This document shows, one piece after another, positions 48,607 through 58,800 of a stretch of DNA of 64,000 bases (the first letter of the stretch is position 1; each line of letters opens with the position of its first letter). Origin of the DNA: a virus; IMG/VR virus record IMGVR_UViG_3300021448_000142, one strand, 5' to 3'. The notes beneath the pieces are model-generated. The model was not told where the DNA came from, ran no database searches, and saw only the letters and a program-made list of their open reading frames with translations. A program made the translations under genes and the position numbers.

Positions 48607-48974
48607 TAAAAAAGAACGAAATGAACCAGAGTGGAATAATTATCCAGCTATCGGCAGACGATATTCACCAATTATATAATGATTCTTCAATACATACGGT
48701 TAGAATACCCTACCATAACGTAGAAATTCAACTAAAACAAACTCCTCTTTTTGAGATAGAAGAATTAGATACTTTTTGGGAAGACAGAGAAACATACGAT
48801 GAATTATTGCAGGCCACACAAGTATTGGAGCGGGCATGGAGAAGTCTCAACAGAAAACTGCAAGCAGGACAATCACCGCTCCACACATATGATAGAATTT
48901 GTCGGAAATTTCCCATTGAAAAAGCACTCCGCTCATACCACTACTATGGATATGTCCGTAACCAGTACGGATAA
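48597..48974 (+). CDS. Hypothetical protein
   Basis: Coupled ORF. Confidence 0.6.
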   Translation: MEIIKKNEMNQSGIIIQLSADDIHQLYNDSSIHTVRIPYHNVEIQLKQTPLFEIEELDTFWEDRETYDELLQATQVLERAWRSLNRKLQAGQSPLHTYDRICRKFPIEKALRSYHYYGYVRNQYG

Positions 48975-49011
48975 CGAAATGCTTTTATTCTACTCTACTT
49001 AACACAAATGT

Positions 49012-49209
49012 ATGTCAATGCGTGATGAAACAGTAATTCAAGAAGAGATGAAGAGTGCAAAGAAAAAAGCCGAAGAATTAGATGAAAGTGGGGAACACAT
49101 GAACGCCATCATGGCAATGTCGGTATATCATACATTGCAATGGGTCACTGGCGAAGGTTCAGATGACATTGACGAAGAACTGCTCAAACTAAGCGAAATG
49201 GGAGAATAA
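49012..49209 (+). CDS. Small acidic helical protein
   Basis: ORF track. Confidence 0.6.
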   Translation: MSMRDETVIQEEMKSAKKKAEELDESGEHMNAIMAMSVYHTLQWVTGEGSDDIDEELLKLSEMGE

Positions 49210-49583
49210 TGAAAGAAATTCCATTCATCAATAAATATGTCAATCCGATACTGGCGGGTGAGAAATGGCTTACAGTCCGATATGACTGGGAAGAGTATCC
49301 CGATGAAGGCGAAGAAGTGTGGTTAATTGATAGTACAAAAGATGAAAAAATTGTACGAGCAATAGTCCAATGGAAAACGAAAATCACAATCAAAGAATTT
49401 GTAGATAAAGAGTGGGCGGGTCACGAAAATTATGTGGATGCTGAACACATGACAAGGGCATTAAAGCATTTTTATCCGAATGCTGATTTTGATGCTGACA
49501 CTGAAGTAACACTTTTGGGCTTTCAAACCTCCGACGGTGCTATCCGTGACAAATACCATAACAATGCAAATCGACCTGCTTGA
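49209..49583 (+). CDS. ASCH (PUA-like) domain protein
   Basis: F...Y..PILAGEKWLTVR, G....L...FYP pattern. Confidence 0.75.
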   Translation: MKEIPFINKYVNPILAGEKWLTVRYDWEEYPDEGEEVWLIDSTKDEKIVRAIVQWKTKITIKEFVDKEWAGHENYVDAEHMTRALKHFYPNADFDADTEVTLLGFQTSDGAIRDKYHNNANRPA

Positions 49584-50259
49584 AGCAACACCGAATCCTG
49601 CAATTACAGTTTGTAAAGCCGCAAGAAACGACTACCTAGATGGGTGGATTGGTGAAATGTCATATGTGGAAGTAATGGATGATGTTGATGGGGAAGAAAT
49701 GGCTGATAAAGAAGAAAACCTGCTACGGAAACTCATCAAACAACAGCACTACGGACCATTTGAACATGTCCATGCTTCATTCCAAATAAAAGGAATATCT
49801 CGCGTGGTTATGGCACAAGCAACAAGACATAGGCATCTTTCGTGGGATATTCAGTCACAAAGATATGTAGATTTCTCTGACCCCGATTACACCACCCCAC
49901 CTGCGTTTACAGAAGAAGAACATGTCACACGTGATGACGGAGTAGTCAAAGATAAAAGAGATTGGTTAAACGATTTCAAGAACACAGTTGAAGATGCTTC
50001 GGAGATGTATGGGTTCATGGTTGATGATGGTGTTCCAAAAGAAGATGCGCGGTATGTTCTTCCCACAGCAATGAACATCAATGCTGTTATGAGTGGCAAC
50101 CTCAGAGCATTGATGCACGTTATAAATATGCGAACAAAGGCAAACGTTCAACCCGAAACCCGAGAATTTGCCAATAAAGCCTCGGATGAAATAGCCGAAT
50201 GGAGTCCGACAATCCATGAAATATTTGATGAGCAAATGCCCATGAAATTGGGGTTGTAA
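49564..50259 (+). CDS. thyX: Flavin-dependent thymidylate synthase
   Basis: HYGPFEH, SR.VMAQ.TRHRHLSWDIQSQRYV, EDARYVLP, NLRALMH motifs; ATG at 49564. Confidence 0.96.
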   Translation: MQIDLLEATPNPAITVCKAARNDYLDGWIGEMSYVEVMDDVDGEEMADKEENLLRKLIKQQHYGPFEHVHASFQIKGISRVVMAQATRHRHLSWDIQSQRYVDFSDPDYTTPPAFTEEEHVTRDDGVVKDKRDWLNDFKNTVEDASEMYGFMVDDGVPKEDARYVLPTAMNINAVMSGNLRALMHVINMRTKANVQPETREFANKASDEIAEWSPTIHEIFDEQMPMKLGL

Positions 50260-50343
50260 AGGAAGAACAATATTACTTCTCCAGAATGCAGATTATAAAC
50301 TCATATCAAAACTTTTTTATATAAAGAGTGCATCATTTAAATT

Positions 50344-50685
50344 ATGACTGGCGAAAAAGAGAAGACTAATATTTTAATCAACAATATTCCTGCTGATGAA
50401 AAGGAAGAATTTGCACGGGGAACAAAGAACATGGCGGGAAAATTACGGAACATGATATACGCTCACAACCGAATAATCAATGATGAATACGAAGTCAATG
50501 ATGAAATGGAGCGTATCGCTCTAATTACGCTAAAAACCTACCGGAACGCCATAGAACAAAACATACAAGTGCTAAAAAACCAAAGAGACAAGCTGGATGA
50601 GCGAATCGAAGAATTTGAGAGCGACGATGACCAAGACGAAATCCTCATCACCATTGATTTAGAGGTTGAATCCAAGAACATATGA
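50344..50685 (+). CDS. Hypothetical protein (possible ribbon-helix-helix plus coiled coil)
   Basis: N-terminal beta-helix-helix pattern, heptad C-terminus; TATA-like TTTTTATA upstream. Confidence 0.55.
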   Translation: MTGEKEKTNILINNIPADEKEEFARGTKNMAGKLRNMIYAHNRIINDEYEVNDEMERIALITLKTYRNAIEQNIQVLKNQRDKLDERIEEFESDDDQDEILITIDLEVESKNI

Positions 50686-51398
50686 GTCAAAAAGAAAAGG
50701 TTGAAGTCGTCATTGACTCAAACGAAGCGTCAATGAAACCCGACGTAGTTGAGTTAATTGCTCTCCATGAAGATGTTTCAGATTACCGAATAAAACCACT
50801 TTCTGAGGGAGACATACAAATTGACGAAAGTTGTCTATTTGAACGAAAAACTCCGACAGATTTTGCTTCTTCCCTAGAAGAAGGCCGATTGCGTGACCAA
50901 GTAGAGCGAATGGGCGGGCGCGAGCAAAACTGTTATATTCTCATTGAGGGGGATATGGAAGACTACGAAAACTTAACTCATACCAACATCTCACCCAAAT
51001 CCCTCCGGGGGATGGAGGCCTCTATCGAGATGAATAATCGGATTGGTGTCAAGCATTGTTCTAATATATCCAACTTAGTGGATATTACTGTCCGTCTCGG
51101 TCGAAAAGCAAAAGAAGATGTATCGGTTGAAGCGAGACAGACAGAAGCACTGAAAGACGTATCGTTTATTGAAAAAGTATTTCTTGCAATTGATGGTGTC
51201 GGTGTTGAAACAGCGGAGAACTTAGGCAGTCGATTTAAAACCCTCTCAGATGCATTAAATGCCGCTGAAAAAGACTTGCAAGAAGTTGAGGGGGTTGGGC
51301 CGGAACGAAGCAAAGAAGTTCACACAGCCCTACACAGTCGCTATGAATCGGAACAGAAAACGAACAGCAGTCGAAAGCAGAAAGTCTACAATATATGA
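50682..51398 (+). CDS. ERCC4/XPF-family nuclease with HhH motifs
   Basis: IDSNE, GD....FERKT..DFASS...GRL..Q, IEG; IDGVG and VEGVG HhH motifs. Confidence 0.9.
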   Translation: MSQKEKVEVVIDSNEASMKPDVVELIALHEDVSDYRIKPLSEGDIQIDESCLFERKTPTDFASSLEEGRLRDQVERMGGREQNCYILIEGDMEDYENLTHTNISPKSLRGMEASIEMNNRIGVKHCSNISNLVDITVRLGRKAKEDVSVEARQTEALKDVSFIEKVFLAIDGVGVETAENLGSRFKTLSDALNAAEKDLQEVEGVGPERSKEVHTALHSRYESEQKTNSSRKQKVYNI

Positions 51399-51739
51399 CC
51401 GACAATAACGACAGCGAAAACGAGAACGAAGAACAGAACGAAGAAAAACCGAAATTCGATATCGGAATTATCCGCAACCTGCTTATTGATGAGCATGGAA
51501 AAACGTACATCACTGCCGCCCAAGGAAAAGACACAATCCGAATTAAAGCCGAAAATATTGAAGGGTTGAACATTATTGAAGACGCGGATGTTGAGTATGA
51601 CATTGACCAAATAGAATGGATTACTAATCGCGGTTCTCCACGCATCTCAGCAGACCTTGAAGAAATTGAAGATGATACTATGGGCATTCGCTCAGTTAGC
51701 TTCGTCATCGAAAGAGGCGGCTTGGGAATATTTGACTAA
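51395..51739 (+). CDS. Hypothetical acidic protein
   Basis: ATGA coupling; ends in GLGIFD. Confidence 0.65.
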   Translation: MTDNNDSENENEEQNEEKPKFDIGIIRNLLIDEHGKTYITAAQGKDTIRIKAENIEGLNIIEDADVEYDIDQIEWITNRGSPRISADLEEIEDDTMGIRSVSFVIERGGLGIFD

Positions 51740-51951
51740 TGACTTCGTAACCACTCTGACCCACAATCTGCACACCGGTACAACGTAAAAGCCCGAGCAT
51801 CATTTGAAACGGTTTCTTGTGGCGTTCCGAGTGAATCTTTGCAGTCGGGACAACGGGCTGATTGGTGAATCTTTGCAGTCGGGACAACGGGCTGATTGGT
51901 GAATCTTTGCAGTCGGGACAACGGGCTGATTGGTGAATTTTTTTTGTTCAT
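51736..51951 (-). CDS. TFIIS/RPA12-like zinc-ribbon protein interrupted by a tandem repeat
   Basis: CPDC...FTLYRCADCGSEW; N-terminus runs through three 34-bp repeats. Confidence 0.5.
   Translation of the reverse strand: MNKKNSPISPLSRLQRFTNQPVVPTAKIHQSARCPDCKDSLGTPQETVSNDARAFTLYRCADCGSEWLRSH
51831..51938. repeat. Exact 34-bp tandem repeat x3 plus a 6-bp partial copy
   Basis: GTGAATCTTTGCAGTCGGGACAACGGGCTGATTG at 51831, 51865 and 51899; GTGAAT at 51933. Confidence 0.97.
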
Positions 51952-51973
51952 TAACATCAGATAAATTATACAC

Positions 51974-52210
51974 TTATTTCTCAGTTTCTTCAAACGAATA
52001 CATAAATTCAATACTCATGCGTAATTCCAGTCCCATTTTTTCGTAAGCATCAGATTCATTGATTCGGCGGAGAATGGAATCAATTTTTTCTTCGTACTCA
52101 TCCGAGACATTCCCCATTTCTTCAGCCAACTCCTCTAACTCCTCAATATCGGATTCATTTAAATCCACAAAATCTTCACTATCCCATGCAAACTGTTCGT
52201 TATCTATCAT
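51974..52210 (-). CDS. Acidic hypothetical protein
   Basis: Very acidic ORF. Confidence 0.65.
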   Translation of the reverse strand: MIDNEQFAWDSEDFVDLNESDIEELEELAEEMGNVSDEYEEKIDSILRRINESDAYEKMGLELRMSIEFMYSFEETEK

Positions 52211-52653
52211 AATTTTTCGTAAAATTATTACAATTATTCACATATGTTCGATACGTACAATGGAATCGCGGCAACGTCAACCATCCCATTAGCAAAGAGT
52301 ATTATTTTTAAACGTTCTTAACGGGGGTGGCTTATTTTCTGACTTTCTTTTCATTATTGTACTGAGATAGGACTGTGGCAATTCGGACAACAGATTCCAT
52401 CGTCTGGTATCCATTTGTTACATTTTCCACACTCCCGCTTTCCGCGTAATTGTCTCGGAATAGCTGTTGGATGCATCATCATAATCGTTGGTCTTTGCAT
52501 TGACACTCTTCAGAACAAATTTCTCGTTCTACCGAATAATGAAATATTGGAAAGCGTGTGGGAAGAAAATACAAAAATAGAATCAATCTCCAACCATGAC
52601 GGTTTTTCCCACACGCCATTTTGTTATGAGAAGAGGAAAACACTTAAATCTTT

Positions 52654-53097
52654 TCAATCTCCACTATACATTTCAAAGTCGTCTTTTGTTAGGTCAATGT
52701 CTTCTTCGTCAGATAAACGAGTAATGACTTCATCCAGTTGCCCCTCTATCATTTGGAATTGCCTTTGGCGCGTATCCGACTCAACATCCATTTTTTGACA
52801 AATTTCCTCTAACTTCTCATCAATCTGGTCAAATCTTTCATCGGTTTCCATTAAATATCCCGGCGCTGTATCATCAGCATCAATGCCGAAAATCCGATTC
52901 CATACTGTGTTTATCGTTTTCTTCAACTTATTAATCCTGGTATCATTTTCCTCAATATCTTGTTCCAAGTGATTCAATTGCCTTTGCAACAAACTATATG
53001 CTCCAACATTAAACATCAGAATAATGCCCATAAGTATTTCCAACAGGTGCTTCTGAAACGCTGGAGCCAGCTGAACCAATATATCAAACAGTATCAT
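52654..53097 (-). CDS. Membrane-anchored coiled-coil protein (possibly lysis-related)
   Basis: N-terminal TM segment followed by heptads; last gene of the tail operon. Confidence 0.6.
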   Translation of the reverse strand: MILFDILVQLAPAFQKHLLEILMGIILMFNVGAYSLLQRQLNHLEQDIEENDTRINKLKKTINTVWNRIFGIDADDTAPGYLMETDERFDQIDEKLEEICQKMDVESDTRQRQFQMIEGQLDEVITRLSDEEDIDLTKDDFEMYSGD

Positions 53098-53102
53098 ACA
53101 TT

Positions 53103-55835
53103 TTACTTTGTATCGGTTATTTCCGATTGTTTTTCTCCGCGGTCCAAACTGATTATTTTCTTCGCAAACGACTGCGTTTTTCCGGCATCAATATTAGTAC
53201 GGCGTTTTGAATAACTTGCCTTCTCAATATGTGTTCTTTTCCCGTGGGAAAATATACTATCGGGCAACTCCTCACCAACCGGAACGCGGGTGGGAAGAGT
53301 TGTAATAGAACCAGAATATTCAATAGAAGAATGGCTTCGCAAGAAATCCATTGCCCGTCGATTGGCATCTTCTTTGTTTTTAATATCCCGCTCGCGCAAT
53401 TCTTTATGTTTATCAATAAAGTCGGGGGCATCATCCGCCTGAACAATACCACTGGTTACTCCATTTTGTCCAATTACTTCAACAGAAGCATATACATCTT
53501 CAATATCAACAGACGATGTTACGCTTTCTTCAACTAATTCAACATCAGTCTGTTTACTGCCCCGTGTAAATATTCGACATAAGTTTCCCTCAAAACGAAA
53601 GAATAAATTAGAATCATCAGCCAACGAAGAAATTATAGAGAGGCGATTATCGGTGAAATCTTGGTCGAGAAAGACAGATAAATCATTCGTGTCAGCCAAA
53701 ACATCATAGGAATTAATTTCATGATTATTGACTCCCTGCAAGGGAGAGGTATTCATTGTTGAGCCATAATTCCCAATTTTAAATCTCGGTCTGACCCTCC
53801 GGGTTGGGAATTCTGCCGATGCTGTAATACTATCCGTGTTATTTTCTGTTCCATCATCAGGCTTCCAATTTGTCAAATCATATCCAAACGCAACTTGAAT
53901 TCCCTGAGAACCCCCTGTATCATTAATATCAACATCAACCTGTGCAGATTCAACGTTCTCGGAAGAAATAGAATCGCCCATTTCCACATAAAAGTCATTG
54001 GGATACGGCTCCGGATATTTTAATCGTGGGGGATAGTCTTCGGGGTCATTATCAAAATCGCTTGGGTAATTATGATACCTTGTATCATAAATAACAACAG
54101 TATCTAAAATCATCCCATCCCCGGAGTTAGTGGAAGTTGCATCCTCAGTCAAATAGCAATCAAATGAATATGATGTTCCTTCTTGCAAATCAATAGAAGA
54201 AAAGCCTTCATTTGTTATCCATGCATAAGAATCGTTGGGCCACGCATCCGCCAACTCACTAAAGAAATCTTCATTGTCATCAAAAATTTTCACCACTTGT
54301 ACCCCAGTCACATTGTCTCCTTCTTGACCACGAACAGCCACGCCAACATATTCTGACGGAATTGTATAATCCGGATTAATGGAAGAAACATTTATATTTT
54401 GACTATCATCAGCAATATTTGCGGCTTTTTCTCCTTCAGTATTTTGTGGCGGTGCAATAGTAGTAGCAGAAACAGTAAGTGTTTCTGTACTCCCCCCGCC
54501 ATCATGGTCATTAGCTACTGTAATATCTTCATTGGTAAAATGGTTATCGGAATCTCGAACTTGTAATGCATCTCCATGTCCGTTGCCATCTGCTGTCGCT
54601 GGGTCTAAGTTACCATTTGTCCAACCCGTACTAGCGTCAAATGTTCCGACAGCCTCAAAAGTATAAAAGCCGCCTTTCTCAACGTATTCATAAATATCAA
54701 TTTTCCCACTTTCTAACGATTCAGTTTTCACAGAAACATCTTCATCAAATGTTACATTTTGGAATTCATTATTCCCTGGACTCTGCGATTCATATGGAGG
54801 ACCGAGAGAGAAATAACTGCTCCCGACCAGCCCACCATCAGACTCATTTCTCATCCACGAAGACTGTTGAGCAATTAGTTTTCCGCTGTTAATGGTTCCG
54901 GGTTTGTCTGTTAAATTCGTTTCAACTGAATCTTTCCACTCCTCTTGTGTAGAAATATTATCTGCCGATAAATCTTTCGAGAGCGATTCTATTTGTACGC
55001 CCTCAACTTTTCGTTCTATTTCAACATTGGAAACCGCAATCCAATCATAAAAAACAGTATCGCTTCCGTTTAATTCAAAATTGATTTCATCACTGTGAGC
55101 ATCCGCACCAGTCTCCCACTTTCTCCATTTGCCATATTGTGTTGAGTCGGCATCGTGAAATTCTTTGGATAAATCAGCACCGCCATCCCCACCAGTGACA
55201 GTGACTTTAATATAATCATCAATCGTAGATTTAAAATAGATAATTTCGGGGGGTGTATCAGATTCTTTCATTTCAGAAACATTATACGTGAGACTACCGG
55301 AATCTCCATCGGGTTTACGAATAGAATCTCCGACTTTTAGAATATTAGAAAGCGTTTCTTTGTCCGTCGAAGCTAACTCTCTATATTCTCCAAAAACATC
55401 ATTATGTCCATCAACAGTTTTCGCAATATAATCGCGGGTCGCCTGCTTTGTGACAGTTTCATCAACAGTCGTATTCTTCAATTTACGGCCAGGCGAATGA
55501 GCCTTTATCTGATAATATTCACCTCCTTCCTGGCTGGTTTCGAGAGAGACAATATTCCCTGCAAAAAAGATATCTCCATCAACAAAAACATCAACAGTTC
55601 CATCTAAGAAGTCGGTCCCCTCTAATTCCGTCCGGGGTTCAACGTCGAGCGTGATGGAAGGCGCACTATTGACTTCAGGATTATATGAAATACTATCGAC
55701 CTGTGAATTAATCACATCTCCATCTCTATCCTCAATCCTGACACGATATTCATTCTTTTGTCCATAGAATAAATCATCATCTATTGCTATGCTATCCCAT
55801 TCCTGATTAATCTGACTGTCAATGTATTCAGACAT
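53103..55835 (-). CDS. Tail hub / baseplate-like protein with a large beta-rich central region
   Basis: Immediately after the tape measure gene; hub-like N- and C-termini (VYASVEVIG, A...L...S..EYSGSITT). Confidence 0.7.
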   Translation of the reverse strand: MSEYIDSQINQEWDSIAIDDDLFYGQKNEYRVRIEDRDGDVINSQVDSISYNPEVNSAPSITLDVEPRTELEGTDFLDGTVDVFVDGDIFFAGNIVSLETSQEGGEYYQIKAHSPGRKLKNTTVDETVTKQATRDYIAKTVDGHNDVFGEYRELASTDKETLSNILKVGDSIRKPDGDSGSLTYNVSEMKESDTPPEIIYFKSTIDDYIKVTVTGGDGGADLSKEFHDADSTQYGKWRKWETGADAHSDEINFELNGSDTVFYDWIAVSNVEIERKVEGVQIESLSKDLSADNISTQEEWKDSVETNLTDKPGTINSGKLIAQQSSWMRNESDGGLVGSSYFSLGPPYESQSPGNNEFQNVTFDEDVSVKTESLESGKIDIYEYVEKGGFYTFEAVGTFDASTGWTNGNLDPATADGNGHGDALQVRDSDNHFTNEDITVANDHDGGGSTETLTVSATTIAPPQNTEGEKAANIADDSQNINVSSINPDYTIPSEYVGVAVRGQEGDNVTGVQVVKIFDDNEDFFSELADAWPNDSYAWITNEGFSSIDLQEGTSYSFDCYLTEDATSTNSGDGMILDTVVIYDTRYHNYPSDFDNDPEDYPPRLKYPEPYPNDFYVEMGDSISSENVESAQVDVDINDTGGSQGIQVAFGYDLTNWKPDDGTENNTDSITASAEFPTRRVRPRFKIGNYGSTMNTSPLQGVNNHEINSYDVLADTNDLSVFLDQDFTDNRLSIISSLADDSNLFFRFEGNLCRIFTRGSKQTDVELVEESVTSSVDIEDVYASVEVIGQNGVTSGIVQADDAPDFIDKHKELRERDIKNKEDANRRAMDFLRSHSSIEYSGSITTLPTRVPVGEELPDSIFSHGKRTHIEKASYSKRRTNIDAGKTQSFAKKIISLDRGEKQSEITDTK

Positions 55836-55836
55836 A

Positions 55837-58800
55837 TTACCTCACATCTCCACTGTCTCCGCCAGTAGACTCAATCCTATCAACAATTTCATTCATCGCT
55901 CCGTCAACTTCTTTCCGAACTTTTTGTGGCAATTCTTCATCCGAAACGCCTTGGAATGCACCCTCTTCAAAGTACACTGCCTTTTCTGAGACATTGGCTT
56001 CAGTGTCATCAGAACCACCACCGCCTATATTACTTGATGTAACAGAACTACCCCCAGTTTCAGGGGTGGCAGTGGGTTCTTGCACGTTCATAGCATCACT
56101 TACAGCCGATTCAATGACCGGACTCCGCATAAGAATACCAGCGGCCATATCATTCATCAATGCTTCACCGGATTCTTTTGGTGGTTTTCCACTCTTACTA
56201 AGCGGCCCTTTTTCTGCCGGAGAACTAGGCAGGAATTTCGCCAATGCTCCAGCGGCATCATGAATTGCATCTTTGATTGCATCTTCAGCATTGCGGATGC
56301 CCTCTGCGATTTGTTCAACCAGACTTTTGCCCCATTGTTTAGCGTCTTCCATCGAAATCGGCATCAAGTCAGCAAACGTAGAGAATACTGCTTCGATTCC
56401 ATCTTTGACTTTGCCCGCAATATCTTTCCCAACTTCTTTAATTTTCTCAGCACTGGGAAGAGCTTGAGAGATTTTGGTAGCAATATTCGCGTACCAACCA
56501 ACAATATCGCTAAACTTATCAACAATCCACCCAGCAATGTCACCCCCAATATCTTTAAATGCCTCACCGCCCGGAATTTTGTCGAGGATTTTGCTGGCAA
56601 GGTCAATGTACCAATCAATAATATCAGTATACGTATCAACAATATTACCAACAATCTCCCGGAACTTCTCATATACGGTACTAAAGGCCCCCGAGACAGC
56701 TTCAACAATTTTACCGGGGAGACTCGTGAATAGCGAAATAATATCATCAATAAGGTCGGGGAAAACAGAATTGCCAATGAGGGGGTCAAAGAAAATAGAC
56801 TTAAAAAAGCCGACAATATCAGATACCGATGGAAGAACCGACTTTATACGTCCCCAAACATCTCCCAATATATCAGTAATACCACCGAGAATGTCCCCAA
56901 AGACCAAAAGAACATTTCCAAAAGCAGTTAAAATAAGCCTCATTACCAATTGTCCAAGACCTTTGAAAAATTGAACAACAGAACGCCCTAATGATTCCAA
57001 AGCGTCAGCAAAGGCCTCTGAGGCTCCTTCGACATCGCCACCCGTTAAAAATGCAAACACAACTTCAAAGGCCCGAATAATAGCCCGGATAATATTAATA
57101 ACAATACGGATAGCCCCGGAAATTGTGTTTGCCATTCCTTTAATGTAATATATGAAACTCAAAATAAATACTTCAACAGCTTTACTTTCCGAAAGGAAAT
57201 CAATAAACCAAGTAATCAACCACTCTATATAACCCCCCAATAGAATAACAGCACCAATAACGTCATTTATAGTCGGGGCCAAACTGTCAGCAATACTACC
57301 TCCCACATCTTTCACAACTTCAATAAGGGGTTCCAGCTTTGAACGAATTCCACCGAAATCAGTAATCCAAGCGGCGGCTAATGCCGCCACTGCGGCGGCA
57401 ATGAGAGTTATGGGACCACCCAATAGCGAAATAACACTGCCCAAACCAGCAACAGCGCCTTTAGCACTAGCAAGCCCCACAAGCGCAGAACCAAGAACAA
57501 TAATGCCTTCAATAATGGGAGCAATTACAGGCACTAAACCAGCAAATATTCCAGCCATAACAAGAATCTCTGCAATAAGGTCACTATTTTCTGAGACAAA
57601 ATTAGCAATATTAACAACTAAATCATTTAGCTCGCTCGCTAGACTTACAGCTTTATCTTCTAAGAAACTGAGAATTTCTTTTACGTCTTCAGATTGGGCA
57701 AATTCTATAAGAGAATTGACTACTTCAATAATAGCTTTCTTCATCTCCATCGCCGCGGGTTTTACTTCATTGAGAATCTTATCCGCAAATTCTTCTAAGC
57801 GGGGAATCCCCTTTTCAACAACAAACCCAGCGAAGTTTTGAATGGCCGGAATGACTTCATTGATTAATCCACTGGTCAAAAAGCCCACAAATTTTGAAAC
57901 AGTGTCACTATTTTCTTGTAAGAATGTACCCACAGTAGAAAATGCCTGCCCCACAGAAGACGCAAACGAGAAAATAATAGATTCACCTTCGCCCGTTTCC
58001 TGTGAAATACCATCAAAGACTGCTTGGATGACAGATAAGACACCAACAGCAAAGTCTTCCATTCCGGGCAGAACTTCTTGAATGAATGCGTCTCGTAACG
58101 TAAGGACAAAATTGATTAATCTACCCAAAAGACTTTGCATATCAGTGAACATTGAACCAGCACTTTCGCCATCAGAAGCCGCTTTTTCAAATCCTAACGA
58201 AAGGCCGCCAATTGCAACAGCAAGTGTTCCTACTAGCGGGATAAGTCCCACGCCAAGACTTTGTGCAATAAGCCCTAATTGCCCGGCGAAAAATAGGAGT
58301 GGACCAAGCACTAATCCGATTGCAAGACCAAGTACAGTAAATTCAGAAATTTGCTCTTGGACTGTTTGTTCCAGTGAATTAATTTTATCAACAGCAGTAG
58401 TAATTGCATCCGCAAAGTTCTCTAATGCATCAATTACATCTTCTTTGAAAATTCTTCCAAGGTCAGAAACGGCTTGTTTCAATTTAGACTGAGCATCACG
58501 GAGGTCTTGGGTAGGACCACGAACCTCTTCCATGAGTCCTTCCATATTCTGCATTTCTTCAATTGCATTTTTCACATCCTTCTGAGACATATCGTCCAAC
58601 TCGCTCGCCAAATCCGCAATTTGTTCTTGTGTTAAATCGCCTTGATTTTCCATCAAAGTAAATATTTCTTTCAACTGCTGTCCATCTTCACCGACAAGAG
58701 CAAGTGCCCCCTGAAGGGCACGAGTACGGGGGAATAGTTCATCAAATGCCATATTATTTTCATTCGCCCGCTTTCGCAATTGCACTAACGTGTCAACAAG

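Noticed and set aside
28600-51739. Dedicated integrase, transposase or reverse transcriptase serving the cassette array
   Set aside because: No tyrosine/serine recombinase, HUH, DDE or RT motif was recognised in this window. The integron-like model therefore lacks a visible enzyme here, though one could lie outside the window.
51831-51938. 34-bp repeats as a mini-CRISPR
   Set aside because: The copies are directly adjacent with no spacers.
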